Made by a program: the position numbers and the translations under genes. The notes beneath the pieces were generated by a model. That model had not been told where the DNA came from. It saw only the letters and a list, made by a program, of their open reading frames with translations, and searched no databases. Source: the human T2T-CHM13v2.0 reference genome, Homo sapiens. From it: 64,000 bases of DNA. The DNA lies in assembly GCF_009914755.1 (NCBI RefSeq), contig NC_060933.1; one strand, 5' to 3'. This document shows, one piece after another, positions 59,779-64,000 of the stretch (position 1 is its first letter; every line of letters begins with the position of its first letter).

Positions 59779-60204
59779 TGTGAAAGTTTTCAGGATCAAA
59801 ATGGAGTCACTTATGTTTAAGAACCTGACAAATAGAGCCAGGGGAGGACATGAAGGGAGGGTTTTCATGTGCAAATGCCTAATAAAAAGAGCTATCATAA
59901 AAGACCCTGAAAAAACACAACTTTGCACAAAGGCCATACACAAAATCCTTCTGCAAGGACATCTGCCCAGCAACTTCCCATCAGCCTTGGACTGGTGCTA
60001 CCTTTGTTACTGATCCTTGTAGCCAAGAATAGTTATCTCAAAACAATTATGTAATTCTCTTACATTTCCTTTAAAAACCTTTATTTTCCTTTACCTCCAT
60101 GAATATGCACATGGTTTACTATGGCACATGTATTCCCATTGCAATGCCTAATACCAAATAAACATTTTCTTTTAGAGTCCACCTCTCTGCTATTTAGATT
60201 GATG
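59779..60204 (+). mobile_element. 5' LTR of an ERV1, LTR37-like
   Basis: 'tgtgaaagttttcaggatcaaaatggagtcac...cctgacaaatagagcc...aataaac...tatttagattga' matches recalled LTR37. A PBS-like 'tgatatcagaaatgggat' follows. Confidence 0.8.
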
Positions 60205-60377
60205 AAAATGATATCAGAAATGGGATCAAAGTGAGCTCACTTCAGACAAATGTGCAGCCCCTAGAATTGAGTGCAGTACCACCAGCTAAGCCCTTTGCAA
60301 TGTCCATTTCTGTGAGTCACCTTTTCTGCCCTGCTGAGTCTCCTTTCAGATTCTTGGTCTCCTTCCCTTTGGTGAGT

Positions 60378-60548
60378 TTGTTGTTGTTGTTGTTGTTGTT
60401 TGAGACAGGGTCTCCCTCTGTCACCCAGGCTGGCGTGCAGCGGCACAGTCATAACTCACTGCAACCTCAAATTCCCGGGCTCAAGTGATTCTCCCGCCCT
60501 GGTCTCCTAAAGTGCTGAGATTACAGGTATGAGCCACCACATTGGACC
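60378..60548 (-). mobile_element. Monomeric Alu (left-arm 5' part joined to right-arm 3' part) with (TTG)n tail
   Basis: Reverse complement begins 'ggctcatacctgtaatctcagcacttt' (left arm) and ends 'gcagtgagttatg...gaccctgtctc' (right arm). TSD tttggtgagt at 60368-60377 and 60549-60558. Confidence 0.9.
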
Positions 60549-60592
60549 TTTGGTGAGTCCTTATTGACTTAACTTGGGATCCGATCTGATTA

Positions 60593-60915
<323 letters not shown>

Positions 60916-63900
60916 AAATAAAGTACATTGTATCCTTCTTGGGACTATAAAAGTATTTTTGTTGTTGTTGTTGGGGAGTAAGCCCTTTCTGGTATACGAA
61001 CAATGTCCTTCTGGTTTGAGTATTCTAGGTTCCACAGAATTTACATTTTGTCAGGTTCTGTATGCCTAGTTTAATATTTTGCTTGATCTTCACACCTGAG
61101 TTAAAATTTTTATGGGCACTCTGATTTTGGTTTTGTTTTGGTTTTGTTACATGTCTGTCAATGATCTGACTCATTTTTCCTTTGCTTTTTTCTGAACATC
61201 TCTTGAGAGCAAAAAATAAACATTACAAATGGTGGGTGCTACATGGCCAATGAAAAACTACTAAGGCAGTCACCATCATCTAAAACACTGGTCCAAACTC
61301 CCTAATAGAAATTATCAGATTTTCTTTGCTCTCAAGAGATTAATAAGAAACAGAATGAGATTCTCAAACATTAAGGCATGCCAGGTTCTCCAGGACTCCT
61401 GCCAGCTACAAGGCTTTTCCTCAGGCACATTTTAAAATCAATGGTCATAATGTGGATCATTCAAACTCCCCAAGCTTGTTTTTTCTTAGAACTGAATTAA
61501 AAAATGCAATCAACTATACAGTTAAAGGTAGAGCCTTCTAAGTTCTTTTTTTTTTTCTTTCTACTTTGAATCTGCTGACTTTTCTGCTGGTGTTGAGGTA
61601 AACTCACTGCTTATGGGATGCCAGTTGAAGTTTTTTGTTGTTGTTGTTTTAAGTCTGGAAGGGCTTTCAAATTAATGGCTTTAGAAATCACAACAGCTTC
61701 ATGGCAACCAACAATGTAGACACCTTTTGGAAGTGTAAATTCAGGTTTGTCTAACAACTGCTTAGACTTTCATATCAAACAGGTCAAAATCTTGAGCTCA
61801 GAGCAGTAATATAAGGTATCTCTGTCCGGGATAAAAATTGCTCTGTCTGACATGCAGGGACCAGAAAAGGAAAAAAAAAAAACAAAAACAAAAAAAAAAC
61901 CCAAACCGGCTAAAATGCTTCCCTGCTCACACTGACTAGTCAGGCAAACCAGATCAACAAACAAAATATAGTGTTGTTACTAAAATATTCAAACCCACTG
62001 GGAGACTGTTTTTCTGATGCAATTCAGCCAGTCCTAGCTAAAACACAAATATTTGAATATCTAACCTTAAACTCATTTGAAACTGAAAAAAGGGGGTGGT
62101 GGGAAGTTAAAAGATTTTTTAAAAACCAAACTGGTTTATTCAAAATTTTGGTCCGCACTCTTCATTAGATTACCCATTGGAACAAATAAAATTTAGCCAT
62201 GGGAACACGTTCCATTTTGTCAGAAATATAATTTGGATCCAACTGTCTTATCAACTAATCAGTTTCTATTGCTATGTTTTACTTCCTCATGACTAAAATT
62301 CTAAAAGGAAAGCTATAAGGTATTTATTTGTGTGTGGGTATGTGCATTGTGTGTTCACACATGTTGTGTCTACATGGTAAAACCTGGCATAGTTGGCCAT
62401 AAATCACTTAAGTAATTCTATTCAGATTGGCTTAATGAGTGCTATATTAACTATATAGTAATGAACTCAAATGCTGTTTAGTTCACATTAGTTAAGTAAA
62501 TAATTAACAAATAAGCTAGTTTTAAATTTGTTGATAAAATAAAAATTAAAATGTCTTCAGAATTGTTGGCATCCACTTTTGTCTGGTTTTGCTAATCAGA
62601 TGGGATTATATTTGTGTCTCTATATATTTTAAGGTCATACAACTATAAATCCAACCTAAAAACAGAACAATTTTTGTGTAATTCTTTGATAAGTAAGACT
62701 AATATTGTTAGTTTAATGAAAACATCTTTATCATCTGATTTACCCACAAAATACCCATATATTTAAGGTTCTTATATAGGTGAACTCCAGATATTCACAG
62801 ACTATAAAAATGGTTAACAGGGATATAACTTAAAATGATGACTAGTTTTGTATAATATCTCAGTTTTTATAAGTAATCTAGGTATAATTTTTAAAAATAA
62901 ATTAGGGAAATGTAAGTGGGATAAACATTTAAAAATGAACTTTTCCTGTGATCTGAAATCTTAAAGTTATGTTAAACTAAGTGATAGATACTCATTAAAT
63001 GTCTGGGTAAATTCCTAATAAAATACTAAAACATAAATTGCTGAACATAAATTCAGGATTGTTCTTGGATTCTCAAATTTTATACAAAGACTAAATATAT
63101 TGGGTGTATTAAACATAAAAATTATGTTATAGGAAATGTTGCTAAAAATTATGAAATTGCTCTCATCTTTAAAATATTGATGAGGTGACAGTTCAAAACG
63201 TTTTGCTTCCTAGGTTTTCACTAGAAATTCAGGTTACTAAGAGTTTAAAATTCTAATTAACATAAAATTATGTATACAAAATGTACCAAAAAGATGTGTT
63301 TTGGTGAGAAAAATTGTAAGAAAAACTATGTTCTTTATTGAGAAAAAAAGAATAATTTTGTCTAAATTCAGAGGTCATTAAAGGTTACTTCAAAATATGG
63401 ATTTAGGAAGGAAGAAGAAAGAGGATAGAAATGAACCAGTAAGCAGGAGATACGTGAAGAAAGTTATAAGTATTAAGATGTATTTGTGGTAAAGCAGGTT
63501 AAAAAGAAAAGTGAATAATTTTGTATAAGAAAATGTTGTGTGGTAGATTTTTGTCCTAACGTAAAATGACTGGTTATTTAAGAAAGAAAATGTATAGGAT
63601 AAAACTAAAAGTCTAGCCTGTTGTCGAACATCTGTGTAAGTCATGAAAGGTTTGTGAAGGATGAATTTATGAAAAAAATTTGTGTGTGTGATCAAGTTGG
63701 TTATAATTAGAAGGAAATTATTTATGTCTTTCTAAATATTGAGCTTTGATATTAAAAATACACTGCTACATAACTAAAACTTTGATCTCCCTATGTTAGA
63801 ACAACAAAGTTTTCCTGAAGTACTGATCTGCTCTTAGTAAAATTGTAAGAGGTTTTGATTTTTAATTCTGAAATCTGTTTAACAGCCATCTTCTAAGCTG

Positions 63901-64000
63901 CAACTTATTCCTGTTTAATAGTTTCTATTCCTGCCACATTTTTTTTCCTAAGCCATTTAATTTCCCTGGTTTAAGGCCGGAAATGCTATCTTCTTCATTT

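Overview
Primate DNA, most likely human or another hominine, judged from AluJ/S/Y elements and an L1PA2-type 3' UTR. It reads as intronic or intergenic. I can support no protein-coding gene: the ORFs I can place come from Alu, L1 ORF2 remnants, LTRs or a minisatellite, and the rest are short and look like chance. Much of the window is interspersed repeat. This includes 16 Alu or Alu-derived elements, a 1.6-kb L1PA4-like 3' fragment, an L1PA2-like insertion with a 5' inversion and a perfect 13-bp TSD, and older L1/L2/MIR pieces. It also includes DNA-transposon MITEs, solo LTRs (THE1C, LTR47-like, MER34-like) and a MER4-group ERV1 (LTR37-like LTR plus internal sequence) that runs off the right end. 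The most notable structures are: (1) a 17-copy, 40-48 bp minisatellite at 54757-55537 whose constant core is a consensus 5' splice donor and which contains a 182-bp higher-order duplication; (2) a 57-bp near-perfect hairpin at 14101-14157 in sequence I cannot assign to a repeat; (3) a THE1 LTR fragment ending at its polyA site with an A-tail and TSD-like flanks, probably an L1-mobilised LTR transcript; (4) a CpG-undepleted left edge that suggests a promoter just outside the window; (5) a few orphan exon-like segments. Subfamily names come from recalled consensus features, not a RepeatMasker run. Boundaries of old repeats are approximate. I found no convincing evidence of a new multi-gene system.
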